From Clostridia bacterium (GTDB lineage Bacteria; Bacillota; Clostridia; CAKSNL01; HGM11501), in the NCBI GenBank assembly GCA_017411325.1, contig JAFQQJ010000013.1:15295-79294 (forward strand): a stretch of DNA of 64,000 nucleotides, in the 5' to 3' direction. A model generated the notes under the pieces. The model was given only the letters and a program-made list of their open reading frames with translations, had not been told where the DNA came from and did no database searches. Made by a program: the position numbers and the translations under genes. How positions within the stretch are numbered: position 1 is the stretch's first letter; the number at the start of each line of letters is the position of its first letter. Shown here one piece after another: positions 8,658 to 18,800 of the stretch.

Positions 8658-8783
8658 ATGCAAGAAAAATAAACAAAAATGTAAGTTTATGCATAAAGAA
8701 ATTGGTAAAATGCATAAATATTAAAAAATAATACAAAAAAACCTTGATTTTTCCTATAGCTGATGCTATAATTATGCAAAATG
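8657..8783 (+). promoter_or_regulatory. arg operon control region: promoter plus four repeated WATGCAWAA boxes (candidate ArgR/AhrC operators)
   Basis: TTGATT (8744-8749), 17-bp spacer, TATAAT (8767-8772). Boxes: TATGCAAGAAA 8657-8667, TATGCATAAAG 8688-8698, AATGCATAAAT 8709-8719, TATGCAAAATG 8773-8783. Confidence 0.45.
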
Positions 8784-8793
8784 ATAAAATGCG

Positions 8794-9732
8794 GTGATAT
8801 TTATGTGTAACAAAACCAAAGTATTTATAGACGGCTCTGCGGGGACTACAGGTCTTCGTATATATGAAAGACTCGGGGCGAGGGAGGATATAGAATTAAT
8901 TCGCCTTCCCGAGGATAAAAGAAAGGATAAAGAGGCAAGACGCGAAGCCATAAACTCCAGTGAAGTAACTTTCCTGTGTCTTCCCGACGATGCGGCAAGA
9001 GAATCTGTTTCTCTGGCGGGAGATGATGTTATTATAATTGATACATCTACGGCACACAGAACAGAGGAGACTTTCGCCTATGGTTTTCCTGAGCTTTCGA
9101 AAGAGCACAGAAGGAAAATTGAAAGCTCCAAAAGAATTGCGGTTCCGGGCTGTCATGCAGGCGGATTTATAGCTCTTATTTATCCTTTGGTGAAAGAGGG
9201 CTTTATTTCTCCCGACTTAAGGCTTACAAGCCATTCCATCACCGGTTATTCCGGAGGAGGAAAGGCGAGAATTGCGGAATATGAAGAAAGCGACAATATT
9301 CTTCTTAAAGCTCCGAGAGATTATGCACTTCATCAGAATCATAAGCATCTCAAAGAAATGATGAAAATATCAGGCATAACAAAAACGCCTATATTCAGCC
9401 CCATAATTTCAAACTTCTACAGCGGAATGTCTCTTACAATTCCTCTGTTTGCGGATGATTTGCTGAAGGGAAGCTTTTCTGAGATAAAGGAGCTTTACAA
9501 TGAATACTACAACACGGAAATCTTAAGATATGAAGAGGATCCGGATGACGGATGCCTTTCTGCACTTAAATATTCCGGCAAGGACTTTATGAGGGTTGCT
9601 GTTTACGGAAATGAAGAGCGTATGACGCTGAATGCCAGATACGATAATCTCGGCAAGGGCGCCTCAGGAGCGGCAATTCAGTGTATGAACATCGCCCTCG
9701 GAAAAGACGAAAAATGCTCACTTGAGTTATAA
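8794..9732 (+). CDS. argC: N-acetyl-gamma-glutamyl-phosphate reductase
   Basis: 312 aa with active-site region IAVPGCHAGGFI. First gene of argCJBD. Start ambiguous (GTG 8794 or ATG 8803). Confidence 0.88.
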   Translation: MIFMCNKTKVFIDGSAGTTGLRIYERLGAREDIELIRLPEDKRKDKEARREAINSSEVTFLCLPDDAARESVSLAGDDVIIIDTSTAHRTEETFAYGFPELSKEHRRKIESSKRIAVPGCHAGGFIALIYPLVKEGFISPDLRLTSHSITGYSGGGKARIAEYEESDNILLKAPRDYALHQNHKHLKEMMKISGITKTPIFSPIISNFYSGMSLTIPLFADDLLKGSFSEIKELYNEYYNTEILRYEEDPDDGCLSALKYSGKDFMRVAVYGNEERMTLNARYDNLGKGASGAAIQCMNIALGKDEKCSLEL

Positions 9733-9743
9733 GGAGAAGAAAA

Positions 9744-10964
9744 ATGAGTGAAATTAAGTTAATTGAAGGCAGCGTTTGTGCGGCAAAGGGCTTTAAGGCT
9801 TCGGGCATTCACTGCGGAATAAGAAAAAATAAAGTGAAAAAAGACCTTGCGTTAATCGTAAGTGAGAAAAGAGCAACTGCTGCGGCTGTTTATACCACCA
9901 ATCTTGTAAAGGGTGCACCTTTGACCGTAACCAAAAAGCATTTGTCAGACGGTTATGCACAGGCGGTTATCTGTAACAGCGGAAACGCCAATACCTGTAA
10001 CGCAGACGGTATCGAAGTTGCAGAAAATATGAGTGCATTAATTGCCGACGAGCTTAAGATAAATAAGGATGATATAATTGTTGCATCCACCGGCGTTATA
10101 GGTCAGAAGCTTGACATAACTCCCATAAAGGAAGGAATTCCTTCTCTTTGTGCCAATCTTAAATGCGACGGAGTTGATGCGGCAGAAGGCATTATGACAA
10201 CAGACACCGTTAAAAAGGAAGTTGCCGTAAGCTTCTGTATAGGCGGAGTAGAGTGCAAAATGGGCGGTATCGCAAAGGGAAGCGGTATGATTCACCCCAA
10301 TATGGCGACAATGCTTGTGTTCATCACAACAGATGCTGCAATAAGCGCAAAAATGCTTCATAAGGCACTTTCCGGTGATATAACGGAAACCTTTAATATG
10401 TTAAGTATTGACGGCGATACATCCACAAACGATATGGTTGCCGTTATGGCAAACGGTATGGCTGGAAATAAGGAAATCACAGAAGAAGGAGAAGACTTTG
10501 CTACCTTCTGTAAGGCGCTTAATACTTTAACCGTACAGCTTTGCAGAATGATTGCAGGTGACGGTGAGGGCGCAACAAAGCTTCTTCAGTGTATCGTAAC
10601 AGGCGCAAAGACCAAGGAGGCTGCAAAGACTGCCGCAAAGAGCGTTATCTGCTCATCCCTTACAAAGGCGGCAATGTTCGGTGCCGATGCAAACTGGGGA
10701 AGAGTGCTTTGTGCTCTGGGCTACAGCGGTGCGGATATTGACGTGAATAAGGTTGATGTTCACTTTTCCTCTCCCAAGGGCAAAATCCTTGTGTGCAAGG
10801 ACGGTGCGGGAGTTGACTTTTCAGAAGAAATCGCAAAGGATATTCTTTTGGAGAAGGAAATCGACATTTTGGTTGACTTAAACGACGGAGAAGCTGATTC
10901 TGTTGCATGGGGATGCGACCTTACATACGATTACGTTAAAATAAACGGCGACTACAGAACCTGA
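9744..10964 (+). CDS. argJ: bifunctional ornithine acetyltransferase / N-acetylglutamate synthase
   Basis: 406 aa with the self-cleavage region HPNMATMLVFITTDA. Confidence 0.95.
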   Translation: MSEIKLIEGSVCAAKGFKASGIHCGIRKNKVKKDLALIVSEKRATAAAVYTTNLVKGAPLTVTKKHLSDGYAQAVICNSGNANTCNADGIEVAENMSALIADELKINKDDIIVASTGVIGQKLDITPIKEGIPSLCANLKCDGVDAAEGIMTTDTVKKEVAVSFCIGGVECKMGGIAKGSGMIHPNMATMLVFITTDAAISAKMLHKALSGDITETFNMLSIDGDTSTNDMVAVMANGMAGNKEITEEGEDFATFCKALNTLTVQLCRMIAGDGEGATKLLQCIVTGAKTKEAAKTAAKSVICSSLTKAAMFGADANWGRVLCALGYSGADIDVNKVDVHFSSPKGKILVCKDGAGVDFSEEIAKDILLEKEIDILVDLNDGEADSVAWGCDLTYDYVKINGDYRT

Positions 10965-10982
10965 TAAAGATAGGGGATTTTT

Positions 10983-11864
10983 ATGGAACTTAAAGTAACA
11001 AACGCACAGAGGGCTGAAATATTAACTCAGGCACTTCCTTATATTCAGCAGTATTACGGCAAAATCGTTGTGGTTAAATACGGCGGAAATGCAATGATAA
11101 ACGAAGAGCTTAAACAGCAGGTTATGGAAGATATCGTTCTTCTTCACTTAATCGGCGTAAAGGTTGTTGTGGTTCACGGCGGCGGCCCCGAAATAAGCGA
11201 TATGCTTAAGAAAATCGGCAAAGAATCTGTATTTCTGGACGGTCTTCGTGTAACAGACAAGGAAACCGTTGACATTGTGCAGATGATTTTAGCCGGAAAA
11301 ATCAACAAAAATCTTGTAAGCCTTATTGAACAGAAGGGCGGCAAGGCTATGGGTATATCCGGTATTGACGGCCATATGATTGAGGCGGAAATGAAGGATG
11401 AGCGCTACGGCTATGTTGGAACAATAACAAAGGTTAATACCGAGCCTGTATGCGATTTAATAGAAAAGGGCTATATTCCCATCGTTTCCACCGTAGGATG
11501 CGATATGGAGGGTAACACCTACAACATAAACGCAGATACAGCGGCGGCATTCATCGCAGGGGCACTTAAGGCTGAACGACTTATCTCAATGACGGATATA
11601 ACAGGCGTTCTCCGCGACAAGGACGATCCTGATTCTGTTATCCACTGTATGGATATAGCGGAGGCGAAAACCTTATTTGCCGACGGAATAATCTGCGGCG
11701 GGATGATTCCCAAAGTTGAATGCTGTATCGAGGCAATCAATATGGGTGTTGAAAGAGTTACTATTCTTGACGGAAGAGTGCCCCACGCACTGCTTCTGGA
11801 AACTCTTACGGACGAAGGTGCGGGAACAATGGTTATCCGCGATAAAAGTGAGGCAGGATTATGA
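10983..11864 (+). CDS. argB: acetylglutamate kinase
   Basis: 293 aa. Motifs VVKYGGNAM and VVVHGGGPEI. Confidence 0.95.
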   Translation: MELKVTNAQRAEILTQALPYIQQYYGKIVVVKYGGNAMINEELKQQVMEDIVLLHLIGVKVVVVHGGGPEISDMLKKIGKESVFLDGLRVTDKETVDIVQMILAGKINKNLVSLIEQKGGKAMGISGIDGHMIEAEMKDERYGYVGTITKVNTEPVCDLIEKGYIPIVSTVGCDMEGNTYNINADTAAAFIAGALKAERLISMTDITGVLRDKDDPDSVIHCMDIAEAKTLFADGIICGGMIPKVECCIEAINMGVERVTILDGRVPHALLLETLTDEGAGTMVIRDKSEAGL

Positions 11865-13015
11865 GTATTATAAATGACGACAGTAAGTATATTGCAAATA
11901 CCTATGCACGTTTCCCTCTTGCGATAGTAAAGGGAAAAGGTGCTTTGGCATACGATGAAGCGGGTAAAGAGTATATAGACCTCGGAAGCGGAATTGCGGT
12001 AAATGCCTTCGGGTATTCCGATGACGAGTGGGTTAAGGCAGTAACGGGCCAGCTTTCAAAGGTTCAGCATACTTCAAATCTTTACTATACCGAGCCTTGC
12101 ACCCGTCTTGCTAAAATGCTCTGCGAAAAAACAGGAGCTAAAAAGGTGTTTTTCGGAAACTCCGGTGCTGAGGCAAATGAATGTGCCATAAAGGTTGCGA
12201 GAAAATATGCCGAGGATAAGGGGATAGAGGGGGCGAAAATCATAACCCTCAACAACAGCTTCCACGGAAGAACTTTAGCGACACTTGCCGCAACAGGACA
12301 GGATGTTTTCCATAAGTCGTTTTTGCCCCTTCCCGACGGCTTCTTACATATAGATGCAGGGGATATTGATGCATTTAAGGCACTTGCCGAAAAGGAAAAT
12401 GTTGCCGCAATTATGATGGAAATGGTACAGGGAGAAGGGGGCGTTATGCCTCTTACCGAGGAATTTGTAAAAGAAGTTTGCCGTATTGCAAAGGAAAAGG
12501 ACATCCTCGTAATGGTTGACGAGGTGCAGACCGGTAACGGAAGATGCGGTTCACTTTATGCATATATGAATTACGGAATCACACCCGATGTTGTAACCAC
12601 CGCAAAGGGACTTGGCGGCGGTCTCCCCATCGGATGCTGTATGATGTTTGAAAAAACCGAAAATGTGTTAAAAAGCGGCGATCACGGCTCAACCTTCGGC
12701 GGAAATCCCATTGCAGCGGCAGGTGCTGTAAGCATAATTGAAAGAATTGACGATAAGCTTTTATCCGAAGTAAAGGAAAAATCCGAAATGATTTTTTCAT
12801 CTCTTACGGGAGCGAAAGGCGTTAAGAGCGTTTCAGGCCAGGGACTTATGATCGGCATAGAAACCGAAAAGGATGCAGGTGAAGTAATTAAAGAGTGTAT
12901 GGGAAAAGGCGTTCTTGTAATAAAGGCAAAAAACAAGGTAAGACTTCTTCCTCCGCTTAACATAAAGAAGGAAGAGCTTAAGAAAGCTCTGGATATAATA
13001 AAGTCCTGTCTTTAA
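11861..13015 (+). CDS. argD: acetylornithine aminotransferase
   Basis: 384 aa, class III aminotransferase. Motifs DEVQTGNGRCG and PDVVTTAKGLGGG. 4-nt overlap with argB. Confidence 0.9.
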   Translation: MSIINDDSKYIANTYARFPLAIVKGKGALAYDEAGKEYIDLGSGIAVNAFGYSDDEWVKAVTGQLSKVQHTSNLYYTEPCTRLAKMLCEKTGAKKVFFGNSGAEANECAIKVARKYAEDKGIEGAKIITLNNSFHGRTLATLAATGQDVFHKSFLPLPDGFLHIDAGDIDAFKALAEKENVAAIMMEMVQGEGGVMPLTEEFVKEVCRIAKEKDILVMVDEVQTGNGRCGSLYAYMNYGITPDVVTTAKGLGGGLPIGCCMMFEKTENVLKSGDHGSTFGGNPIAAAGAVSIIERIDDKLLSEVKEKSEMIFSSLTGAKGVKSVSGQGLMIGIETEKDAGEVIKECMGKGVLVIKAKNKVRLLPPLNIKKEELKKALDIIKSCL

Positions 13016-13022
13016 TCAGAAT

Positions 13023-13066
13023 AAAACAAGACATTTATTTAAATAAATGTCTTGTTTTTATTTTTA
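13023..13066 (+). terminator. intrinsic terminator (perfect 18-bp palindrome)
   Basis: AAAACAAGACATTTATTT/AAATAAATGTCTTGTTTT followed by a T-run. Confidence 0.75.
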
Positions 13067-13114
13067 AGTTGTGCTATAATATCTAAGATTGAGTTATAAA
13101 GTGAGGCAGTTTTT

Positions 13115-14584
13115 ATGAATAGGAAAATTGGCTTTGACAACGAAAAGTACATAAAGATGCAGTCTGAACACATCGGAAAGAGAGTGACGGAGTTCGGCGA
13201 CAAGCTTTACCTGGAGCTTGGAGGCAAGCTTTTTGACGACCATCACGCATCCCGCGTGCTTCCCGGTTTTCAGCCTGACAGTAAAATGAAGATGCTTATG
13301 CACTTATCGGACAAGCTTGAAATTGTTATCGTTATAAGTGCCATCGACATTGTTAAAAATAAGGTGAGAAGCGACTATAACATAACCTATGACCTTGATA
13401 CAATCCGCCTTATCGAAGCCTTCAAAGGCCTCGGTCTTATGGTGGGAAGCGTTGTTATAACTCAGTATAGCGGTCAGGCTGCGTCAGATGTTTTCAAGAA
13501 AAGGCTTGAAAATATGGGAATGAAGGTATTCCTCCACTATCCAATAGAAGGCTATCCTTCTAATGTGGAATTAATCGTGAGCGACGAGGGCTACGGCAAG
13601 AACGATTATATCGAAACCGAGCGGCCCATCGTTGTTGTAACCGCACCGGGCCCCGGAAGCGGAAAGATGGCAACCTGCTTATCTCAGCTCTATCACGAAA
13701 ACAAGAGGGGGGTAAAGGCGGGCTACGCCAAGTTTGAAACCTTCCCCATATGGAACCTTCCCTTAAAGCATCACGTAAATCTGGCGTATGAAGCTGCAAC
13801 GGTGGATTTGAATGACGTCAATATGATTGATCCGTTCCACCTTGAGGCATATGGGGAGACCGCCGTAAACTACAACAGAGACATTGAAATTTTTCCTGTC
13901 TTAAATGCTATGTTTGAAAAGATAATGGGGACAAGTCCCTATAAATCTCCTACGGATATGGGAGTTAATATGGCGGGAAACTGTATAATCGACGACGAGG
14001 TTGTCCGTCAGGCATCAAAGGAAGAAATTGTAAGAAGATACTACCAGGTATTAAAGGATAAAACCAACGGAAAATGCGACATTGACGTGATAAGGAAAAT
14101 GGAGCTTATCATGAAGCAGGCAGAGGTAAGCACCCTCGACCGTAAGGTTGCCGAGGCGGCACTTAAAAAAGCGGAAATTTCCAAAGGCCCTGTGTGTGCA
14201 ATTCAGCTTCCCGACGGCAAGATAGTAACGGGAAAAACCTCCTCGCTTCTTGGAGCATCCAGTGCGGCACTGCTTAATGCACTTAAGGAAATAACGGGAA
14301 TCGAGGATGATGTTCATCTTATATCACCGGAGGTTATTGAGCCTCTTCAGAACCTTAAAATAAATCATCTGGGAAGTAAAAACCCGAGAATACATATGGA
14401 TGAAACATTGGTTGCTCTTTCAATCTGTGCGGCAAGTGATCCTTTAGCTAAAAAGGCACTCGAAGGCATAAGTGAGCTTAAGGGAGCAGAGGCACACTCA
14501 ACCGTAATTTTATCACAGGTAGATGAAAATATGTTCAAAAAGCTTGGTATAAATTTAACATGCGAAGCAACATATAATAAATAA
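13115..14584 (+). CDS. DUF1846 (UPF0371) family protein
   Basis: 489 aa. The N-terminus GFDNEKYIKMQSEHI...YLELGGKLFDDHHASRVLPGF is characteristic of this uncharacterised family. Confidence 0.8.
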   Translation: MNRKIGFDNEKYIKMQSEHIGKRVTEFGDKLYLELGGKLFDDHHASRVLPGFQPDSKMKMLMHLSDKLEIVIVISAIDIVKNKVRSDYNITYDLDTIRLIEAFKGLGLMVGSVVITQYSGQAASDVFKKRLENMGMKVFLHYPIEGYPSNVELIVSDEGYGKNDYIETERPIVVVTAPGPGSGKMATCLSQLYHENKRGVKAGYAKFETFPIWNLPLKHHVNLAYEAATVDLNDVNMIDPFHLEAYGETAVNYNRDIEIFPVLNAMFEKIMGTSPYKSPTDMGVNMAGNCIIDDEVVRQASKEEIVRRYYQVLKDKTNGKCDIDVIRKMELIMKQAEVSTLDRKVAEAALKKAEISKGPVCAIQLPDGKIVTGKTSSLLGASSAALLNALKEITGIEDDVHLISPEVIEPLQNLKINHLGSKNPRIHMDETLVALSICAASDPLAKKALEGISELKGAEAHSTVILSQVDENMFKKLGINLTCEATYNK

Positions 14585-14717
14585 TTGTAAGGCGGCTGTA
14601 AACTTATGTTTACGGCTGTCTTTTATTTTGCACTTGCAATTCTTTACAAAATCTGTAATAATAAATCCGGATGCCGGACAGAATAATACAGCCTTAATAA
14701 AAATAAGGAGGTTTATT

Positions 14718-15548
14718 ATGGATTTTTTATCTGAATTCAGAGAAAGGCTTGTAAATGATGAGAAGGCAAAACTTACTGTGGAAAAATATGTAAGAGACTG
14801 CAGGGCGTTTTTAGCATGGATTTCGGAAAGCGGGAGAACGCTGGATAAAGAGGCGGTGCTTTGCTATAAGGAGCTTATTTCAAAGAAACACAAAACCGCC
14901 GGAGCGAATTCCATACTCTCATCTCTGAATGCATATTTTTCATATATAGGGAGAGATGAGCTTAAGGTAAAAATATTAAAGAGACAAATGACTAACTTCA
15001 GAAACGAAGAGAAAGAACTTACGAGAGACGAGTATGCAAGGCTGCTTAATGCCGCAAAGGAGCGTAAAAACAGAAAGCTTTATTATATTATGATGACTGT
15101 GTGCCGCACAGGGATAAGAATTTCTGAGCTTTCTTATATTACGGTGGAAGCGGCAAGAAAAAAGGAGGCGGTTATAGGAAATAAGGGAAAGATAAGAATT
15201 ATCCTGCTTCCTGAAAAGCTTTGCAGAGAGCTTCTTTGTTATGCTTCTGAAGAAAAAATAAAAAGCGGCCCCCTGTTCGTAACAAAAAACGGGAATCCGC
15301 TTGACCGTTCAAATATATGGAAAATGATGAAATCTCTTTGCGAAAGTGCGAATGTGGAAAAGGAAAAGGTTTTTCCGCATAATTTAAGGCATCTTTTTGC
15401 GGTAACCTTTTACAGTGTTCATAAAGATATTGTGCATCTGGCAGATATTTTAGGACATTCTACGGTTTCCACCACAAGAATTTATACACTGGAAAGCAGC
15501 CGGGCACATAGAAAACAGATGGAACAGCTATCAGGTCTTTTGCTTTAA
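14718..15548 (+). CDS. tyrosine site-specific recombinase (phage-integrase/Xer superfamily)
   Basis: ATG at 14718 behind RBS AAGGAGG; the ORF-track start 14628 is upstream read-in. Catalytic pattern RTGIRISEL, HNLRHLFA, LGHSTVSTTRIYT. Ends 10 bp before the left inverted repeat. Confidence 0.9.
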   Translation: MDFLSEFRERLVNDEKAKLTVEKYVRDCRAFLAWISESGRTLDKEAVLCYKELISKKHKTAGANSILSSLNAYFSYIGRDELKVKILKRQMTNFRNEEKELTRDEYARLLNAAKERKNRKLYYIMMTVCRTGIRISELSYITVEAARKKEAVIGNKGKIRIILLPEKLCRELLCYASEEKIKSGPLFVTKNGNPLDRSNIWKMMKSLCESANVEKEKVFPHNLRHLFAVTFYSVHKDIVHLADILGHSTVSTTRIYTLESSRAHRKQMEQLSGLLL

Positions 15549-15557
15549 AAATAAAAA

Positions 15558-15583
15558 TACCACATAATGCCGATTATGTGGTA
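15558..15583. repeat. left recombinase core site (IRL)
   Basis: TACCACATAAT-GCCG-ATTATGTGGTA: 11-bp inverted arms around an asymmetric 4-bp centre. Exact reverse complement of 15787-15812. Confidence 0.9.
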
Positions 15584-15646
15584 ATCTCTCCTTCTCATCT
15601 GCCATACGGATTTTATAAAAAGAAATTTTTTCCAAAAAATGTGCGC

Positions 15647-15682
15647 AAAAAAAAGACCGATGTAAAATTCTGCCTCATCGGT
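15647..15682 (-). terminator. intrinsic terminator active only on the minus strand in the present orientation
   Basis: Minus-strand sense: ACCGATG-13 nt loop-CATCGGT followed by T8 (the A8 run 15647-15654 on the plus strand). Confidence 0.55.
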
Positions 15683-15737
15683 TGCTTCATTATGTCTGAT
15701 TTTTGCAAAGTTTTATTTTTCCATTGATAAAAAACTA

Positions 15738-15766
15738 TTGACAAACCGCTTCCCTGATGTTATAAT
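15738..15766 (+). promoter_or_regulatory. consensus sigmaA promoter inside the invertible segment
   Basis: TTGACA (15738-15743), 17-bp spacer, TATAAT (15761-15766), pointing at the 15849 CDS. Confidence 0.75.
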
Positions 15767-15786
15767 TTCTATGTATTAATTCTTTT

Positions 15787-15812
15787 TACCACATAATCGG
15801 CATTATGTGGTA
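15787..15812. repeat. right recombinase core site (IRR)
   Basis: TACCACATAAT-CGGC-ATTATGTGGTA. Confidence 0.9.
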
Positions 15813-15848
15813 GAAAATTATGAGTGGTTTTTTGAAAGGAAGGATTTT

Positions 15849-18800
15849 ATGAAAAAGGAGTTTTTGCACATTTTCAGCTTTGTTATGATTGCAATTTTTA
15901 CATTCTCCTGTATCGGGGCTGTAAGTGCGGAAGAAACCTTCGATATTCCCGTAATTGAGGAAGTATCGGAAGAGGAGCTTGCAGAGGTTCTCCCCGAAGA
16001 GGAAGCTGAACTGTACGAGGAAACAGCTGAGGTTACAAAAGAAGAAGCAGAAGCGGCACTTTATGACGGGGAAAACTTCAGTGCTTATTATGCAAGCTTT
16101 GAGGATGCTGTTGCTGCTGTTACAAGCGGCACTTTTGATGGAATGCCTACAATAAAGCTTCTTAAAGACGTGTTATTGGATTCTAACTCTGATACTCGTA
16201 ATTATAAAATTGTTACAGGTAAAGAATTTGTAGTTGACGGTACAAATCCGAACGGAGGCACTTTTAAGATTGAAGACGGAAATCTTGACTGGAATACAGA
16301 CAAAACTACAACTATAAAGACATACAGTATACATATGGATGGGACTGGCACAAAACTTATTGCAAAGAATGTTACTTTTACCAGAAGTTTTCACAAGTCA
16401 TATGCGTTTTTTCATATAGGTGCTCATGCTACTCTTGAACTTTCCGACAATGCCAAAATCGGAGGAACAGCTGAAAGCTATCTCTCAGGCGGTAACGGAA
16501 GTGCTGTATTCATAGAAGCTTATGGTGATAGTCAAGTAGTCCCTGGATTTATAATGAACTCCGATACAGCAGTAATTGAGTACTGCAAAGGTTCAGGTTA
16601 CGGTACGGTAGGTGTATTCGCCGGTAAAAACGTTCCTGAATTCAGAAAAGGTACAATCAGGAACTGTCAGGATTCCGGCGGTGCGATCGGTATAAGCGGT
16701 TCAAAGGATATCATAATAGAAGAAACTTTCAGAATTGAAAACTGTGCTGTCGGCATAGGTGGAAAAGCAGATTCTGTAGTAAAGATCAATACACCTTTCA
16801 CTATTACAGGATGCACAAAAGGCATTACACTTGAATCCGGAGCAACTCTTGACATTAACGCAAATGTCAAGATATCCGGAGGTACTTACTGCATATATGC
16901 TGCAGACAAATCTATAATAAACTTAAACAGCCCGATAACAATGAGCGGAGCTGCAACCACAGGCTTTGCCCTTGCGGGAGAGGATATTATAACATTTGGT
17001 GCAAATTTTTCCGGAGATATTTATGCGATGGTAGGGTATACATCAGGCGGCAAAACATATGATGGTATATGGATCGGCCATCTTGCAGACGGAGTTGAAA
17101 ACTTAAACGGAAATGTATATTACGGGAAGAGCAAAAGCGGTCATAAAGGCGTATTCCACGAAAGCCTTATGGGAAGCGGAAAAATAACGGTTGGCGAAAA
17201 AGAGTATTCTCTTAAAAAATCGTTTGCCGATACTGACAACTATGACATTCCGGCTAAGGGTGTTGTGTTTGACTATCCGTTATATATAAGAACGGGAACA
17301 GAGGATACCGGGTTTAAGAGAGTGGCGTTTGAAACTTTCAAAGAGGCATACAATCTGGGAAGTACAGGGGAAACTATATATCTTCTTAAGGATTTGAATG
17401 ATAATGACGGTATTTCCTTGAATGCTACAACAACTCCTACGGGTGGAGAAGCTGTACTTTCGCATTTTAATTTTTTCAAAAGCTTAAATATTAATGGTAA
17501 CGGTCATAAAATCACCAAGGAAAACAGCGTTGCAAAATATCTTTTTGCGGTGTATTCAAATGCACATTTTAATGTGAAAAATATTGTTTACGATGGTAGT
17601 GGATTGGGAGCGTTTGCTTATATTAACGCACACGGTGGTGGTGGAACAATAAGCGTTGACAACTGCCTTGTATATAATGGTTTAGGTGGAAACGCAGGAG
17701 CATTTTATACTCTTATAACAGATTCTGCAAGCACATCTGCAGCTGTGATAAATATTAAAGATACAACCATTGCATCCTGTAGTGCACCGAACGGAGGAGC
17801 GATATATGCGTATTATAGATCTACGATAAATCTCGAAAACGTAGAAATTACTGACTGCTCGACTGTAAGTGCAACTACAGGCAATGGAGGAGCTGTATAT
17901 ATTGCAAGCGGCTCCAAGCTTAACCTAAAAGGCAGAATCAATATTTCAGACAACAAGAAAGGAACATCAGAAAATAATATTTATCTTCCGGGAACCAATC
18001 AGATAACAATTACCGGAGATATTTCAGAAGGCTCTTTAATTGGTCTTTCGATGGCACAGTCCGGAGCAACATTTGGAACAGTAGCAGATGGTGTTGATGT
18101 TGATAAAACGATGTTCTTTGCCGACGGGGCAGTTATAAGAAATTATACAAGTGTCGGGGTATATACAGAAAGAAAAATTAATGCAGCTTTCTATCCCGAG
18201 ACAGTGGGTGATGGTAAGCTTAATGAGACAGTCGTTATTGATGTGAATGATATTAACGAAAAAAAGAACTCCAGAACAAATGAGCTTGTTCTTCACTGGC
18301 CCTGGCTTCTTGAAAGAGGTGGCAAGTTATACGGCTATGCAGATTTTCTTACAGCTTATTCATGGGCAAATGCTTCAGATGCGGTCTTATACTGTCAAAA
18401 GGATATTACAATTGAACATTTGTGGGGAAAAGCAATAGATGATAAGAATGATTTTTCAAGCATCTCAAAAATGACTGAGTTTACTATGTACGGAGAAACA
18501 TCGAACTATGCTCACACCGATATGCTGCAATATCTTACACTTGACGGAAATGGTCATATTATTGATGTGGATAAAAAGGATGGTAATGCTGTATTTTCTC
18601 TTCAGTGGGGGAATAGAAATCTCACGCTTAATAACTTTATCTATGACGGACAGAAGCCCTTTGCAGTGGTTCATAAATCAGCAGCAGTAGGAACAGAAAC
18701 TATAACTGTGAATAACAGCTATATGACGACTGTTGACGACTATCCGCTGTTTACTGTAGGTAAGGGCGGTACAATTAATATTATTGACAGCACACTTGAA

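Larger units (their letters stand above)
15558..15812 (+). promoter_or_regulatory. candidate invertible promoter element (inverton), drawn here in the ON orientation
   Basis: 26-bp inverted repeats flank a 203-bp segment containing an outward consensus promoter and an opposite-strand terminator. Recombinase gene adjacent. Confidence 0.7.

Noticed and set aside
14628-14717. ORF-track upstream start of the recombinase gene
   Set aside because: It is a non-ATG start inside the preceding terminator and intergenic region. ATG 14718 has a perfect AAGGAGG RBS, and the N-terminus MDFLSEF... matches typical recombinase length.
15807-15848. ORF-track GTG start (15807) of the large surface protein
   Set aside because: The GTG lies inside the right inverted repeat and has no RBS. 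The in-frame ATG at 15849 follows AAGGAAGG and begins a canonical signal peptide.
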